The position numbers were made by a program, and so were the translations under genes. Below the pieces are notes generated by a model. The model searched no databases, was not told where the DNA came from, and worked only from the letters and a program-made list of their open reading frames with translations. A DNA stretch of 64,000 nucleotides, the filler included, from Gonapodya sp. JEL0774 (Eukaryota), in NCBI GenBank assembly GCA_027604505.1. It is 3 parts of 3 records of this genome, joined end to end, with 100 filler letters (N's around TTAATTAATTAA, not from the genome) between each part and the next. Parts side by side here need not be neighbours in the genome. Positions count along the whole stretch, not along the records: positions 27,265 to 54,322 come from JADIIX010000217.1; 2 more parts are not named here. One strand, given 5' to 3'. Positions 27,870 to 42,440 of the stretch are shown piece after piece; position 1 is the stretch's first letter; each line of letters starts with the position of its first letter.

Positions 27870-29856
27870 ATGACCACTTCTGCACCTCCTTCTTCCGTAA
27901 CTCCATCGTCTCAACAGAATTCGAACGTCGACGTGATGAAACTGGTCCCTCGTGGACGCAAACTCAAAGTGAAACTCGGGCCGTCCTGGGAGAGCAAGGC
28001 GGGTTATGCTGCTCTGAAATGTGAGTGATAGTCTGTTTTCAAATCTACAATCGTAAACTCTACGAATCGTAAAATTGGGCTGCTTTGCGTCTCAACCCGG
28101 GACACTGCCGAATCCCGATGATAATTGCGGCTGTCGGGAACACCCGTTCGAGGAGCGAGAAATCACCCCTTGTTCTGCACCGTGGATCCATCCAGACTTC
28201 AACTGACCCTGCATTGCACCCTCTCAGACAAGTTGCGACCTCCTGCAGTTGAATCGGCGCAGTTTGCGACGGTCTTGAACGAGGGTGACGAGTGCACAAT
28301 GGAGACGTTCGTCAAGGGGAGCCAGGTTCGCCCATTCCTGCAAAAGCATTTATATAGTGGTGCATTCTAATCGACACCAATGATGTGTTGAAATGATTCC
28401 CCTGTGTGTTTGATTCTTGAATTCTATTGCACGCTCCACTCCGTGAACCAAGAGTTCAACACAAACGCTCACCGGCAACCGTCAAGACTCCCGGGGTACC
28501 GAATGTGTGCTTCTTCTTGACACAAGTACAGACCCACCCGTATGATTTGAACCTTGATTTTGCCTACACCTCACGATACGTCCAACAACCAACACCACGC
28601 TCCCTACTCGTGCATAGACCCTCGTCCTGGAACGCCTCTCTATATCCGTCACCCAGCTGTGCCCGTCCAAAACTCCTGCCGTCTCTCTTTCCGTAACACC
28701 TGCCCCATCCAATCCCTCCAGCCCCCGGCTCCCTCCATCCACAGTCCTCACGCCACCAACTACAGTCACCGCACCTGCTCCAACCCAGCTACCCAGTCCT
28801 CCCCCACCTGCTCAAAAGCACCTTCCCATCAAATCTTCATCTAAAAGGGACCCGAATGACTCCGATGATTCGCTCTCCCTGTCATCTGACGGTTCTCCAC
28901 ACCACAACCCCTCTACAACCTTCCCGTACCCACCCGTCTCAACAACCACTGTGGCGCCTTCCTTCTCTTCAAGTGCAAACCCTCCTACTACCGCTACAAC
29001 CGCCATAGAATACTCCGAAGCCTCTGACTCGGACTCGAGCTCCGACGCCTCCCCAATATCCCCGCCCGCTCCCTCCCTACCTTTCCTCGCACCACCAGTC
29101 CGACTCGCATCGTACCATGCTCCTGCAACGCTGTCCTCCGATGACTTTGATGACGACTTTGCCGATGCGGATGACGACCGAGATGGGGATTTCACCATCC
29201 GTGGTCGAGGAGGCGGGGCAGGACGGAGAGGGGGCAAGGGCTTAAGGGGACGGGGTGCAGCTGCGGGAAGGGCAGGAAAGAAAAAGCGGGGTGCAATTGC
29301 CGGAGGAGGTAACCCCGGTGACTATGGGGCGTACTCGGGAGTGGGAGCAGGAAAGACACCTGCCGGGACACCTGCGGGAAAGACTACCACCAGTAAGCGA
29401 GGTTCTTCATCGTCGGTTGGTGGAAGTGGTAGCACGCGTGGTGCATCGAATTCAAAACGCGGAGGCCGGGGTGCCGCTCGCAAAGGACCCAAGGGTAAAA
29501 CCCCCTCGTCGAACGCCCTCACGCCTGCTGTGGTGGAATTCTCTGAGGATAGCGAAGAAGAAAGTGCGGTGGCGCAACCTGTTAGCTTTTTTGGTGCTCC
29601 CGTGCGACCTGGTGTTGCACGGCCATTTGATTACGGTCGGCCGCCCGTCACAAACCCTCCTTCGGCGCCGGTATCAGTGGGTGTTGCACGGCAAGCAGGC
29701 CAACCTCAAACTGCTGCCACACTGCCACCCATGGTAATGGATGATGATGAAGGAGATGGAGAGGACAGTTACCTTGATGATTTGGCAGAAGAGTTGGAAA
29801 AGGACTTTGCACAGGAGGTCGGCATGGACCTTGATAAAGAATTGCCTGTAAGTTAA
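27870..29856 (+). CDS. ELL-associated factor (EAF)-like protein, multi-exon, with an acidic/low-complexity C-terminus
   Basis: Spliced pieces KVKLGPSW..GYAALK|YKLRPPAVES, LTGNRQDSRGTECVLLLD and TLVLERLS resemble the EAF domain pattern (KLGxSF..hRYDFKPAS; FKG..KECILI; hLEKL). Confidence 0.65.
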
Positions 29857-30474
29857 CTTTTCTGTGCTTGGATTTGGAGACGACATGGGTTATTGGTTGT
29901 TCGTGGTGTCATTCTTACACTTGTCCTGAACATCTGTTGGACATCAAATCTTCTCACTTAGGTGCCTCCCCCTCCCTTTCCCACTGCGGGACAGAATGCT
30001 TTTCGAAATTTACCCGCTGTCAGGTCCGGACCCGTGTCTTTGTCGGCAATGCTTGGAGGTAAGAAACATATCTGAAATCTTGTAAGAGTTAGATGGAGGG
30101 TTGATACTTCGTGTTCGTTCGTTCTCTTTTGTCTCGGTCTGCGGAATCGATAGGAGGGGAGGAGGACGAAACCAGCGAATCCGAGAGTGATTAGGATGGT
30201 GGTGAGGCTGGTATATTTTGCCAGTCTTAGGGTCGTGTGTGGCTCCGTAGGACAGGCTTTAGGCGCAGATGGGAAGATCAGAAGATCTCTTGAATCCCCA
30301 CTCAATACGACGATCATATAGCACAAACGGATGTATCCCGCTCCCCTCCACCTTCTCTCGTGGCCATTGCTTTGAATTATCTAAGATCATATTATGATAC
30401 CGTACTCCTATAAACTAGTCGTGAAAATTTCAAAATACGTGTCACTCTTAATAACACCCCTCAGACAGACTACT

Positions 30475-33400
30475 TCAGGCCGTCTCTTCCTTCTTTTCAA
30501 GCGCTTCAATCTCGGCAAGCTGCTCCATTGTGATTTGGTTGATGGGCTTGAAGCGGAAGTGAGCGTCAGCTGTCGACGAAGATTAAACGCTCCACAAGTC
30601 TCAACGAAACTTACTCCTTTGAACCACTTCCTCGCGGAAACGAACCAGCTGATAATCGTGCCTAGCAATAACGCCATGAGCATGGGGAGAGCGTAGTTCA
30701 TGGTGCTGCCCGTGACACTACCCGGGAGGAAATGAGAGTGATTACTATTTTGTGCTGTGAGTCCGGTGTGTCCGCATAACACTTACGGGACGACTTGAGG
30801 TAGACAAAGGAGGACAAACATGTATACACAGTAAATGCATGTAATGATGCCGTTGGGTACCGAGAAAGGACCCAGGTTGAAAGGCTGTTGCAAGCAATCG
30901 ACCAAAAGTTCAGATATTGAATTCCCCCTTCTGTGAACGTTGCAACTCACTCCTTGCTTGAAAGAGTTGCGGCCCACTGTCACGCGCATGAAAGTTGGCA
31001 GCGTGTACGCGACAAGCATTGCAACCTAACATGCGATCCGCCCAGCCAAAGCCGATAGTGGTGTTAGTATCAGGGCCTCCGAAAAGATCAAGTCTCGAGA
31101 GGAACCGTACCGTCGAAACCGAGCTCATGATCGATAGCGCAAGTGGAGATCCGTAACCCAGAGCTGAACCAATGATAGCGATGCAAGTGGAAAGTCCAAT
31201 AGTGCGAAGGGGCAACTTGGTTTCTGGGTGCACATCTGAGCGATCCGATTCAATAAAGTGCAGTTCAAGTGAAGGACGCCAACATGTCGCTCACAGTGGA
31301 AGAACTTCGAGAAAGGCAAGCCACCGTCCCGCGAGAAGGCACTGGGAAGAACGTACACCTTGTAAGGATCGCGCCACTACCGCCTCGCTTTTGTAACAAC
31401 AAACTCACTACATCATGCGACTCGATGACGCAATGCAGCTCTGTTTTCAAAAAGAACGCTGTTAACCTGATAGAATTTACTTTCGCAGAATGGCAATACT
31501 CACAACCATGCACATCAGAAGCGTGAGCCAGTACTGTAGGAGAGAAACTATCAGCCGCTCCATCTGTGAGTGAACGGGTTGATAAAGCCCACCAAGAACA
31601 GCATTAATTGAGCTCCTCTGGGGCCAATCGCATCAATGTAAAGTTGGGCAAGGAGCGTGGGATAAGGAGCACTCAAGATAGAGTCTATGTCTTGGATACT
31701 GAGCAGAAACGACCAACTGAGCAAACATAAAAGTGGGATTGAACACACTCGCACTGACCAGAACAACAATGTGAAGAGGTATCCAGTTCCGAAGATGAAG
31801 GTCCACAGAACCGATTGGAAGATTCCTTGGGCAGCGGCAGTGTCACTAAAATAGCACGTAAAGTTCATAACTGGTTCCTTGGGAGGACCGAGATTATCAC
31901 TTCGGAACGGACCTTCCTTTGGTTTCCTCAGATACGTGAGCGGAAGCATCTTGACCAATATAAGTAATACCAGGAAGGAGGAAGCCAAGTTGGAAGACGA
32001 GCGCTGGGAGAAACAGGGGTTGGCAAAGATGCTGCTTCTGACAGAACGTTATGCAGACTTACCAGAGCTTTCCCAACCCGTTTCGTTGATAAATTCCCCT
32101 ATCAGAAACCGCAGAGAGTGCGAATGTCATGTTCCGCTCTCCAAGAAAATGCAATGAATGGGCTACGCAACCAACCGAACACAAAACTAGCCGGTTGTTT
32201 CACCGGTGCGGCAGCCAAGAGCCAGATAATCACTGAAGCAGGGAACAACAGTCATTCTTTGAGCTGCCATTGAACATTGTTTCGCGAATCCCACTCACTG
32301 ATGAAGAAATCAAAGCTGTGATTTTGGTGGTAGAGAGTGCTTGGTGAGATCCCATTAGCTGATCACGACCTCCATTCACTCACATGTGAAGGCCCACAGA
32401 GAACAGGGCTGAAAACTACAGTCAGAAACATCGAATGCAGGAACGCGAACGTAGGAACTCACTAATGTAGCCCAGAACCTTTTCGGAAATGCAATTGATG
32501 AGACCCGCGCAGGCCACAGTGGCGATGCCGATCGATGTGGTGATGTACATGCTGCTCTGTCGATCTTTGAATAATGACGGATTGACGGTTTATGGTGAGT
32601 CACCGATGGGTTTCTCGATTCCACCTCACCTGGGTAGGAAATCATGATCATGCTCCAAAAGTAAGCACCGAGTGCAGGGGGACCAGTTGCAATGGACGCA
32701 AGTTGTCCGCAACACTTTGTGCGAGAGGGAAGGGACCGTTAGAAGGTATTCGACGGTAGGAAAGAGCCCCGTTACACTGACGTTGAACCACGCGTTCACC
32801 CATGCTGCAAAAGGGCCGTACTTTTCACCACCAAGTTTGGCACTCCAATAGTAAAGACCGCCCGCGGTGGGATATGTCGAACAGATCCTGGTGTGATTCA
32901 AGATCGAGTATCGTGGAGATCAGCGGCAGACGAACAGGTGAGGCATAGAGGTTAAATAACTCACTCAGCCATTGCTGCAGCATTTCCAAGTGTCAGGATA
33001 CTAATGATTATCCATCCGATCGAAACACCCTGCAGGTTGCGTGTTCGTTAGCTGGTGGTGACCTTTGGATCATTCACGAGAAACATACCATGGGTCCACC
33101 AGTAAGAATGCCGAACTGTGAAACAAAGTACAAAAAAGCTCAGCTCCTTGTTATGAAGCGAACGGACGACTGCTCCCTCACAGTAAACAGACTCGTGATA
33201 CCAGAGATGAAGGAAACTTAATCAAGTTTGGAAACGTTCTCGGGTGAGAATGATCTCTTTGCGGTGTTTGAGGAATCGCACTTACTGTGAGAGAAGGCAA
33301 GGCCCAAGTTGTGGAACCAGCTCATGCCACTGATCGCCACCGCGAGATTTCAGCCAACGAACGGAATGTTTTGTGAACGGGAAGGCCGGGATAGAGAGAA

Positions 33401-33590
33401 GAATGGGACAACTTCCGCTAAGAAACCAACCGATTGAGTTCTTGCCGGTACCCAAGCTTCCGAAAGGACACTTGGTGAGTTGAATGTTCTACGGATGACG
33501 AGGAACGGAATAAGCGTACCTTTGCCAGCTTGATTTCATCTACGTTTCCAACACGGAAGTGCAATTAGGTGCGGTGGGTTCGCGTTCCCA
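30475..33590 (-). CDS. APC-family amino acid/GABA permease, many introns (5' end approximate)
   Basis: GYRQELNR, YPTAGGLYYWSAKLGG, AFSRDGGLPFSKFF, TMNYA...SWFVSARKWFKG|P. Confidence 0.88.
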
Positions 33591-34323
33591 TGATGTCCGA
33601 TCGAGGGAGGAGGGGGAAGAATGGGAATGAGGAGGGAGCCGCGTGGCATTGAATGGTTTCATTCCAAGACAAACCTGCAGTCATCGCGATCGGTTCCGCC
33701 ATTATGGAAGTGGTGGAGGAGTGAACGAGCGTGGTGTTTCAACTTTGCAGGTCTCCAGTTTAATATTTTATGTACCCGCTTGAGTGGGTCGCGTGCCTGA
33801 GCGGCAGGAGGGTGCTCGATCGGCGATCATGTGGTATGACCGACCCCACAGCCCAGCCCAGCCCACTACAGCTCCGGTCAAGTTTCGCGTCTTTGCAGGA
33901 TAAGCACAAAAGAAACTTAGAAAGAATGCTAATTCAGTCCCGATACTTATTGGGTGTCCAAGGATACTTCTATAGGAGACCTCTAAAGCATCTGCGGGTG
34001 CAGGTCCTTCTTACCCTTGCGATATGTCTCCCACGGACTCGTTACTCACTTTCAAGGTAGAACTTATGTATTCCTGATAGTCTGAAAACGTAAATACTAA
34101 ATGCGATGTCCTGCAATAACGAATCAAGTCAACTTTGGATACCCGGGCTCTGTGGCCTCTTGTTCGATCCGAACCTCTTCACTGCGGGTGAGATCGCGCT
34201 TCTCTGGGTTTGGCTCACTCGTAACTCCAGCCACGACGTCTGGAATCCAGGATAAAGTAAAGAAGGAGGGGATAAGCCAAACCGGGTTGATCTACACATT
34301 TTTCATTCACATTCGACGCAAAC

Positions 34324-36413
34324 ATGCTCACCGCCAACCTCTCAGACAACGATCACTCTCGACTGTGAGTTGTACTCACCCCAACATTCAGTTGCTGTGC
34401 CGTTTTAACCACAATATGTTTGTGTTCTAGCACGGCCACCCAGACTCTTTCCTCAGATCTCATCGGCGCAGAAGACGAGAGTGTCGCTGTCGCGAAATTC
34501 AGCAAATCATTCAAGTAAGTTTCATGGTCAATAACCAAATTATGTAACCCCCAACCCAAAAGTTTTAATGTCTTCCGGACGGATAGGGTTATTCCCATCA
34601 TGGACCTCGCAATGCTACGCGGGACTCCCGAGCAAAAGAAACAGTTTCTCGACCAGTTCAGGGACGTAATGCTGACGTGCGGTTTCCTCTACATTAAGAA
34701 CACCGGAAGTGAGCTCCCTGCAACCAAGAGAGTTATCCGGGTGCATACAATGTACTAAGAACATCCTTTGCGCTGCACCCACTTCAAGTCTCGGACGATC
34801 TACAAAAACGTATCTATGACGTCGTTGTGAAGACTTTTGGTAAGTCTCGCTCAAACAGAGTAACTAACCACCTCGACAACGGGCGCTGAATGTTTTCTGG
34901 TGTTTTTGCATCTCTTTCTTAATGACAAACCCGCAGCCCTGCCTCGCGAGGAGAAGGTCAAGTTCGCCATCGAGAAGTCCCCTTGTTTCAAGGGATGGAA
35001 CGAGCTCGGGAAGGAAGTCACTTATGGAAAGTGGGTACCTGTTCCCTTCCCCCTCCCTTCTCAACGGACACACATACACACACACACACACCTGTAACCC
35101 CCGCCACCGCTGACAGAAACGACATGCGCGAGCTGATTGGCATTGGGTATGATAATCGGCTCCGTTTGCCTGACGAGCCACTTTGGTACAACACGCTCGG
35201 ATCGTGGAACATTCCCACGGTGGGTTACGTCCGAACGCGAGTGTAGAAACGACACGTCCGTTGTGAGCTAAAGGTACAATGAATCTCTTTCACATGGCGG
35301 ATCACAGGAAGAGCAAGTGCCCGGCTTCCGCGCCACGGTGACGGAGTACCTCACCGAGGTGCACAAACTGGCTGTCGAGCTCCTCCACGCAGCAGCGGAG
35401 ACGCTTGAGCTGCCTGTGGACTACTTTGACAAGATTTGGTTGAACGACACGACCGGGAGGGAGGCGTCGCACTTCCAGTTCAACCACTACCCGTCCATCG
35501 ACGTCGGGGCGAACCCTGAGTGGGCGGATAACTTGGGAGATGCGGCGCATCAGGATGATGACATCGTGACGATACTGGCACGTGAGTGCATTCGGGTAGC
35601 TCTGGTCGATGAGGTCCTTCTCTCACCCTCATACCTTCCTTAGAGGACATGGTTGGAGGCTTGCAAGTGCAAAACTTCGACGGAGATTGGTGAGTGCACT
35701 AGATGCACGCAGTGCGCTAATAGATTTACGCTTACGTGTATCTATTATTAGGATTGACGTCAAACCTATTGAAGGAACGGTGAGTATATCTATTTTGCTT
35801 ACAAGCGTTACCCCCACCCCCACCACCACCACCACTGATGCATCTGTCGCCACCTCCAATCTTACTTCCTCACCAATCAAGATGGTTTGCAACCTCGGTT
35901 CGTTCTTGGAAGCGGTGACCGGAGGTAGATACATCGCGACTTCTCACAGAGTGAGACTCAACACGAGTGGCAAGTCGAGGTACAGCTGGCGTGAGTAATT
36001 CAGCGCGGGTTGCATACGGTGGATGATATTTTTGTGGCATTTATTCGTCTGACAGCAGTTGGGCTTTTGCGATGAAGCGTACTTCCTCCAACCGAAGATC
36101 ACGACAGCTCGGTGGGTGGAGCCACTGCCTGACGAAGTGCTTCCCGAGTACGTGCGCAACAACAAACCAGAGGTTAAGAATCGGTACGAGGCCATGGAAT
36201 TCAACCGAAAAATTGCAAAGACAATTGGGGAATACATGTACGTGGAGTGTGTTGCCGCGCGGCGGCTTTCTGATACGATGATAACCGTTATCGATATTGC
36301 GGTAAACAAACAGGTTCTACGTGAAGCAAATGAAGAGTTACCCCGAGGCAAAGGAGATCCACTATCCCGACGTAGATTGGGTGAAGGAACTGAACATCGA
36401 CCCTGTGTTGTGA
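34324..36413 (+). CDS. 2-oxoglutarate/Fe(II)-dependent dioxygenase (isopenicillin N synthase-like family), multi-exon
   Basis: IPIMDL...CGFLYIKNTG; HQD Fe ligands; GGLQVQN; CNLGSFLEAVTGGRYIATSHRV; RYS motif. Confidence 0.9.
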
Positions 36414-36799
36414 GTTCCCCTCCTTTTCTTTGCACTTTTCCGGCCACTTAGGGGTCTGCGCAACTCACTCTGCAGGGCCAAGAAATTCCTTTAGTTATGT
36501 ACAATGTTGGAGGGTTATTGGAGGTGCAAATAAATTTGCAGTAATTTGGTTCCGACGACGGATTTCCGGCACAGAAACTGATCGGCTCCACCTTCCACTC
36601 AAATCACGGGATGGCGAACAGTAGAGTGAGCATCCACCCACTACAGGACAGTTAAGGGGAATCGGAAACGATGCGAGAAGAATTTGTGTTTGCTTCGTCG
36701 CTATTGATGGGTTCTGCAGACTGTCACCGAGGTCTCGCTAATTGCCCGGGTTTAACCCCGACAGCTCAACCAACTGCGGAACCACCTCGCACCTCCCGC

Positions 36800-39646
36800 A
36801 TCCAGTTATGGTGACGTCATCATCCTGAATTCCTTTTTCCATCAACCGAACTTTCGTTGACGTCTCTACACTGCCACTGCCCCCGCAGACATCCCAAACT
36901 CCCCCATTTTCCACGCACTCGTCAAGCTCCCATCAAACCCCTGTATCATCGCTCAAGGACATGAATTCTCATACGCCCGCCTAATGCGCGATTCCATGCA
37001 GCTCCGCGACGCCATCTGGACGGAGGTCGCTCGACTCGCGGGATTTCCCCTACCCGCGCACGGTGGTTCTTTCGATTTCAACACGTACGATCTCAACCAG
37101 AAGAGAGTTGCCATTCTCTTTCCGCCTAGCTATGAAAACGTGGTCGCCATGACCGCCACGTTGGCATCAGGAGGGGCCATTGTAAGTCGGACGATTCATT
37201 CTCCGGTGACGAGCAGTCGTGGAGTAAAGTAAGCAAGGATCCTAAACCATAAACCTTTCCTAGGTACCTCTATCTCCATCGTACCCCCTTGCTGAGCTCG
37301 AATATTTTGTGTCCGACTCGGAACCCTCCGTCTTCATCGTCCACTCCTCTCTCGTTGCCAAAATCACCCCCATCATAGACCGCATACGGAGCGGCGACCT
37401 TTTACCACAAGCACGCGGTAAAGTAGCCCTGGTGGAAATGCCCGATGTTGTACAAGAGGCCAAACGTGATGGTGTCGACCGGGAGGAGCCCAAGATGGTG
37501 TGGCGGTTCGTGGATGTGGATGATACCCGGGATTGCTTGTTTATTTATACATCGGTACGCACTGGGGCCAAAATATTCACACCTATCCCTTCTCGGTCTC
37601 TGTCAAGCACTCACCGTGTTCCCTTACCCCCACCCGCAGGGCACCACAGGTCGACCAAAAGGTGCCGTCCGAGACTGGAAAAGCTTTCACACAATGTCTT
37701 TGAGCATGGCAGGTTTATGGGAAACAAGCCCACAAGACGTGCGTGGGGCGGGGCTCGAGGCGATGCTGACTGTTTTGGAACCCCGTACCGCGCTGACTCT
37801 TTTCATCCCAACATCAACCTTCCCGAACCCCGCGAACGCACTCTCTTTTCTATCCCAATCTACCGACCTCTACTCTACCAGCGCCTCCTCCACGTCCTCC
37901 CTCTCCACCACGGTAATGGCATCCTCATCTGCCTCTGGGGTCCACTCTGCTGCTCCTCCCAAGTCGAGTTTGCGCACCCCTTTTCACCCGCGGCGGTCTG
38001 GAACCGTATCGTCAACGGCAACCCGCACCGCAACGGTGCGCGCGACATCACCGTGTTCGCTGGTGTCCCCACCATCATTTCCAGGCTATTGCAGTACTAC
38101 GAGGACAAGGTGCCCGAAGCCGAAAGGGAGGAAGCCCGGAAGGCGTGGGAGAGGCTCAAAGTTGTCACGAGTGGGAGTGCTGCGTTGCCCGATAAGTGAG
38201 TTAGGTGCCGTGGTCTGTTCTTTTGATTTTTTGTTGGTCCATCAACGAGCACATATCTCCGTTTCCCGCGATTTATATCCCTGTGTGTCCCGTCCCAGTC
38301 AGTTCAATGCTTTCAAACGCATAACAGGTCACGAGGTGCTCGAGCGGTACGGGTACGTTGCGCATTTGCATGTCCTGTTGGGGGTTGACATCCGGGTGTG
38401 TGAGGGGCCAGAGGACGTGCAGCTTCTTGAAATCTCACCTGAGGCTTTTCAATCCAGGTCGACGGAGCTCGGTGTTGTCCTGAGTGAGTTGCAAATTGCT
38501 GTTCAAGGGATTTGAATGTTGCATGGGACTGCCTCACACGCACACGATGAAATCCTTCGTCTCATCGTCCCAGCCAATCCATACCACGGCGCGCGCATAC
38601 CCGGCTCCGCAGGTCCGTCCCACGCGCCTCTCCTTTCCGACCTTTCCATCTGTTTATTCAATCCAATCGGGCTCCCCCATTCCATTCACCTTTGTTCACC
38701 TGTTTGAAACTCTCCGCACACAGGCGTCCCCCTCCCTGGCGTAGAAATCCGCCTCTGGGACCACGCGACCAACAAACCCGTTCCAGAAAGCGCCGTGGAT
38801 GTGCCCGGGGAGATACAGGTGAAGGGGTCCTCGAAGTTTTCCTACTACTGGTGAGTACTTCTGTTCTTTTGATGATGGATACATGTGCACTGACATAATC
38901 GTGGCTTTGATGGCATAGGAAGCGACCCGATGCGAGTAAGGAGTTTTGGCTCGAGGACGGGTGGGTTTCGTTGTTGCGAGCAGTGCCAATGACGGTCAGT
39001 TCTCACCCCAACCGGACGCATCCCCCACTCTAGTTGGGCAAAGACCGGTGATGTAGGTGCGCGAATGCCGAACGGCTACTTTAAAATCTTGGGGAGGGAA
39101 TCCACGGATATTATAAAGGTGAGAGTGATGCGTTCCCTCGCGAGGACCTTGGATTGCACAATGATCGTCCTGATAAACGTTCGGGGTCTGTGATCGTCAA
39201 GACGGGTGGATACAAAGGTGAGACTTGAGTCTCTGTTGCACAGTGGATGGGTGTCGTCAAAGTAAAGGCACCCGCCCTGCCCCTCCTACCTTCCCACCGT
39301 CACCCCAAACGCAGTCTCAGCCCTGGAATCCGAACGAGAAGTGTTGGACCACCCGAACGTGGAATCTTGCGCCGTTTTTGGCCTACCTGACGACGACTTT
39401 GGGGAACGTGTCGCGCTCGTTGTCGTGCCCAAGGGCGGGGTGCAGGCGGGGAGAAGAAGTGGAAATTTGACATTGAAGCACATGAGGGCGTTTTTGAAGG
39501 AGAGGTTGGCGGCGTACAAGGTCCCGTCCCGACTTTTGCTGCTGGAAGAATCGGAAATGCCACGTACAGCTCTTGGCAAAGTGCAAAAACGAGATTTGCG
39601 GGTAATATTTAAAGATAGAGTAAACGAAATAGACTCAGACATGTAG
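36800..39646 (+). CDS. Acyl-CoA synthetase (ACSF3/malonyl-CoA synthetase-like), multi-exon, start approximate
   Basis: IYTS|GTTGRPKG, LHVLPLHHGNG, LERYG|STE, KTGD, GYFKILGRESTDIIK|TGGYK, MPRTALGKVQK. Confidence 0.9.
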
Positions 39647-39690
39647 TTCCTCTTCCTACATTTTCTCGTACAAGTCAGTGGTGTTGCAGC

Positions 39691-41109
39691 ATGGGGAGTG
39701 GTGATCGGAGCACAGGTCCGGCCCCTCGATCAAACTGCGATCCCAACACAGATATACTGGACCAATCTCCTGTTCGCACCGTATTTTTCGATGCCGCTGT
39801 TTTCTTCACTGGTCCAATCCAGTCGTTCTTTGATTGGGGACACGCTCACATTCGCTGTGAGTGTCGCATCGCCAAGTCTGTTCTCGGACCGCGAACATGC
39901 TCATTGCAATCGGAAGCTTACTGTTTCACATTGTGTCACAAAATTAGCTCGGAACAGTCATCGTGCAAGATCTGTGTTTTGTGAGAATCACTCTCGCGAC
40001 TTGGATGAAGTGGATCCCAGTGTCACGCCCGATGTCAATCATTTCCACCAAAAGCTGCCCGCGTTTGCGTTCTTCCGAGCGGCAGATAAGTACGGCTTTC
40101 TTTCTCGATACAAGATCCACCCACAGAAAACTGCAGACCCGAAGCTGGAGGATGAGACCAGATCCGGAATGCTATGGGCACACCTCGTCGAAGGGCCTGT
40201 CAACTACGCGATAGCGTGGTTGTTGTTTGGGAGGCTGTGGATGGAGTGAGGATGTTTTCGCTCGAGGTTGATGGCACGGGATTGATAGTTTTTGGGAACG
40301 GTAGCCTGAACAACCCAGCGCCGTCCTCACTCGCATCCTTCGCCAAAGACTTTGCGACCATTTTTGTCATCAACGAATTGCATTTCTATCTGTGGCACCT
40401 CTCTTGCCACCGTTTCCCGATCATGTGTGAGTTCATGTTAGTGTCACTACCCGTTTGATTTTTCCATAACCCCTTTCCAAAGATAAAAACATTCACAAGC
40501 GACATCATGAGTACACTGTCTCCAATGTATTAGTAAGTTGAGATCTGCGCTGAAACCCGTGGGACACGTCCCGGTGATGGGCTCTCGCTTCTCCACCCGC
40601 CATATCAACCTCAAAATCCCACACAGGCAACCAACCACAACGACGTTCTCGAATACTACCTCACTATGATGGCGCCAAGTCTCGCCTGGTGTGGCCTCCT
40701 GCGCGTGCCGTTTGGAACCTACCTGGCCTGGCACGGGTTCTGGCAGTTGCAGGATTTATTACTCCACACAGGTGAGAGGGGTGGTGTGGATTTGAGGGTC
40801 GTGTGAAAGGCGAGATCAAGGGCCTACATGTTCTGACGGCAAGTGTCGGGTTTTTAAAGGATACCAATTGCCGTTCTTACCGAGGTCGGTGGAGAGACAT
40901 GATTACCACCACAACCAAAACGTCGGCAATTGTGAGTCCCAACTTGCTCCCACCTCCTATCAGACCTGCTGCTGCAACACATCTCTTTGATCCTGACAAT
41001 AGACGCTCAGTGGTTTACTTTCCTCGATGATGCGATGGGGACAGGAGACAAGTACTGGGGTTGGCGGGGTAGGAGAGAGATGGGTACCGGCAAAAGTGAA
41101 GAAGAGTGA
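39691..41109 (+). CDS. Fatty acid hydroxylase/sterol desaturase superfamily protein (ERG25/ERG3-like)
   Basis: His boxes WHLSCH, IHKRHHEY, HDYHH; C-terminal AQWFTFLDDAMGT. Confidence 0.82.
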
Positions 41110-42440
41110 CTGATTTGAATTAATTTATGTGTGAGAATGAATCAAGTGTAATGTTTTGAGGACGTCACGACCTTTTTGGTTTGTCCGGCCGCCAGTCACT
41201 CGTTTGCGGTCCGTTGTACATGGCATGTCTCAGACAAGCCATGCTACGGGCAACGTTTCTTCACTTTTTTTTGAGACCAAACTTTGCAACCTAGTGCGAG
41301 TTGTCAGGTGTTCCAAACACCCACGTTCCCACTGCGCTCTGAAAGGAATCCGCTCTCTTTGCCACCACAAACGTGGACTCCAGCGCTGGGTATCTGGAGC
41401 GTCGCGCGTGTGGGTGCCTCGAGTTTTCCGTCCCGCTTTTTGAGAGAACTGGTGGAGACCGGAGAGGTTTCCTCGTTTTGACCTCGTCAGTCTCACAACG
41501 CCACCAGATGATTATGATACGTCTGGAGATCTTACCACTTGAATTTTTTGTTCTGTACAAGTAGGGACGTAGGTGTCACGTTACACCCTATTCTGCTCAA
41601 CGGACTTTCTCCCAACATGATGCAAAAGTCACCTGCGTCAACCACATCGGAAAACCAATGATCAGTCACCTCTGATTATATCTGGATACGTCACGACCTG
41701 GTATTTTGGGCTTTACAAGGCCTTTAGGACCGCCTCAAGCCTTTTCTTTAAACCGTTATTCGATGGTTTTGGTCATGTATGCCGGTTTCGGATCTTCCAG
41801 ATGCTTTTCTCGGCTTCTTTTTGCATTCTACTGAAGGAAAGTTTGTCGCAGAAAGAAGGGAGAAGGGGACGAGGGAAGGCGTTTGACAGGACTAAGCGTC
41901 GTATGCCGGGTTGTTCGCTCACGCGACGGTCCTTCTCTGCATACGATCTAAATGGAATATTGGCAAATGACTCAGCCCCCCAGTCTCGGTGTACTCACCA
42001 TTTGCGTCCACGAAGATCTTCGTGGGACTACAGATATTTTACGGTCAGCTTCCAAGACGTCATCAGTCGCACATCTGCAAGAGACAAGGAGGCCGAGCGC
42101 AACTGGAGCACTCACATGATTCTGCTACGCTTGAAATGAACCTCATGGGGGCGGAGAAGCCTTCCACATGTTGCCACTGTCGTGCACGCTGCCAATGCTG
42201 TTCACGTGTGAGAGGTCAAATTCATGTTCTTGACATTGTCTAGGGGCATCTTCAAGTGTTAATATGACAAGTTAGACAATGTGGGCCTATAGTGGGTTTT
42301 GAAGAACCAAAAAGGACACTGAAGTTCGCTTGTGACAACAGATTGATCACGTGATACGATCGGAACCCCTGTCGATCAAAGGGGCCACAGCCGATCACGG
42401 CTCCCCCCCTTCAACTTGTGCGGCACCGTCAGCGTTTGAC

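Noticed and set aside
35068..35092. (CA)n tract
   Set aside because: Ordinary short intronic microsatellite.
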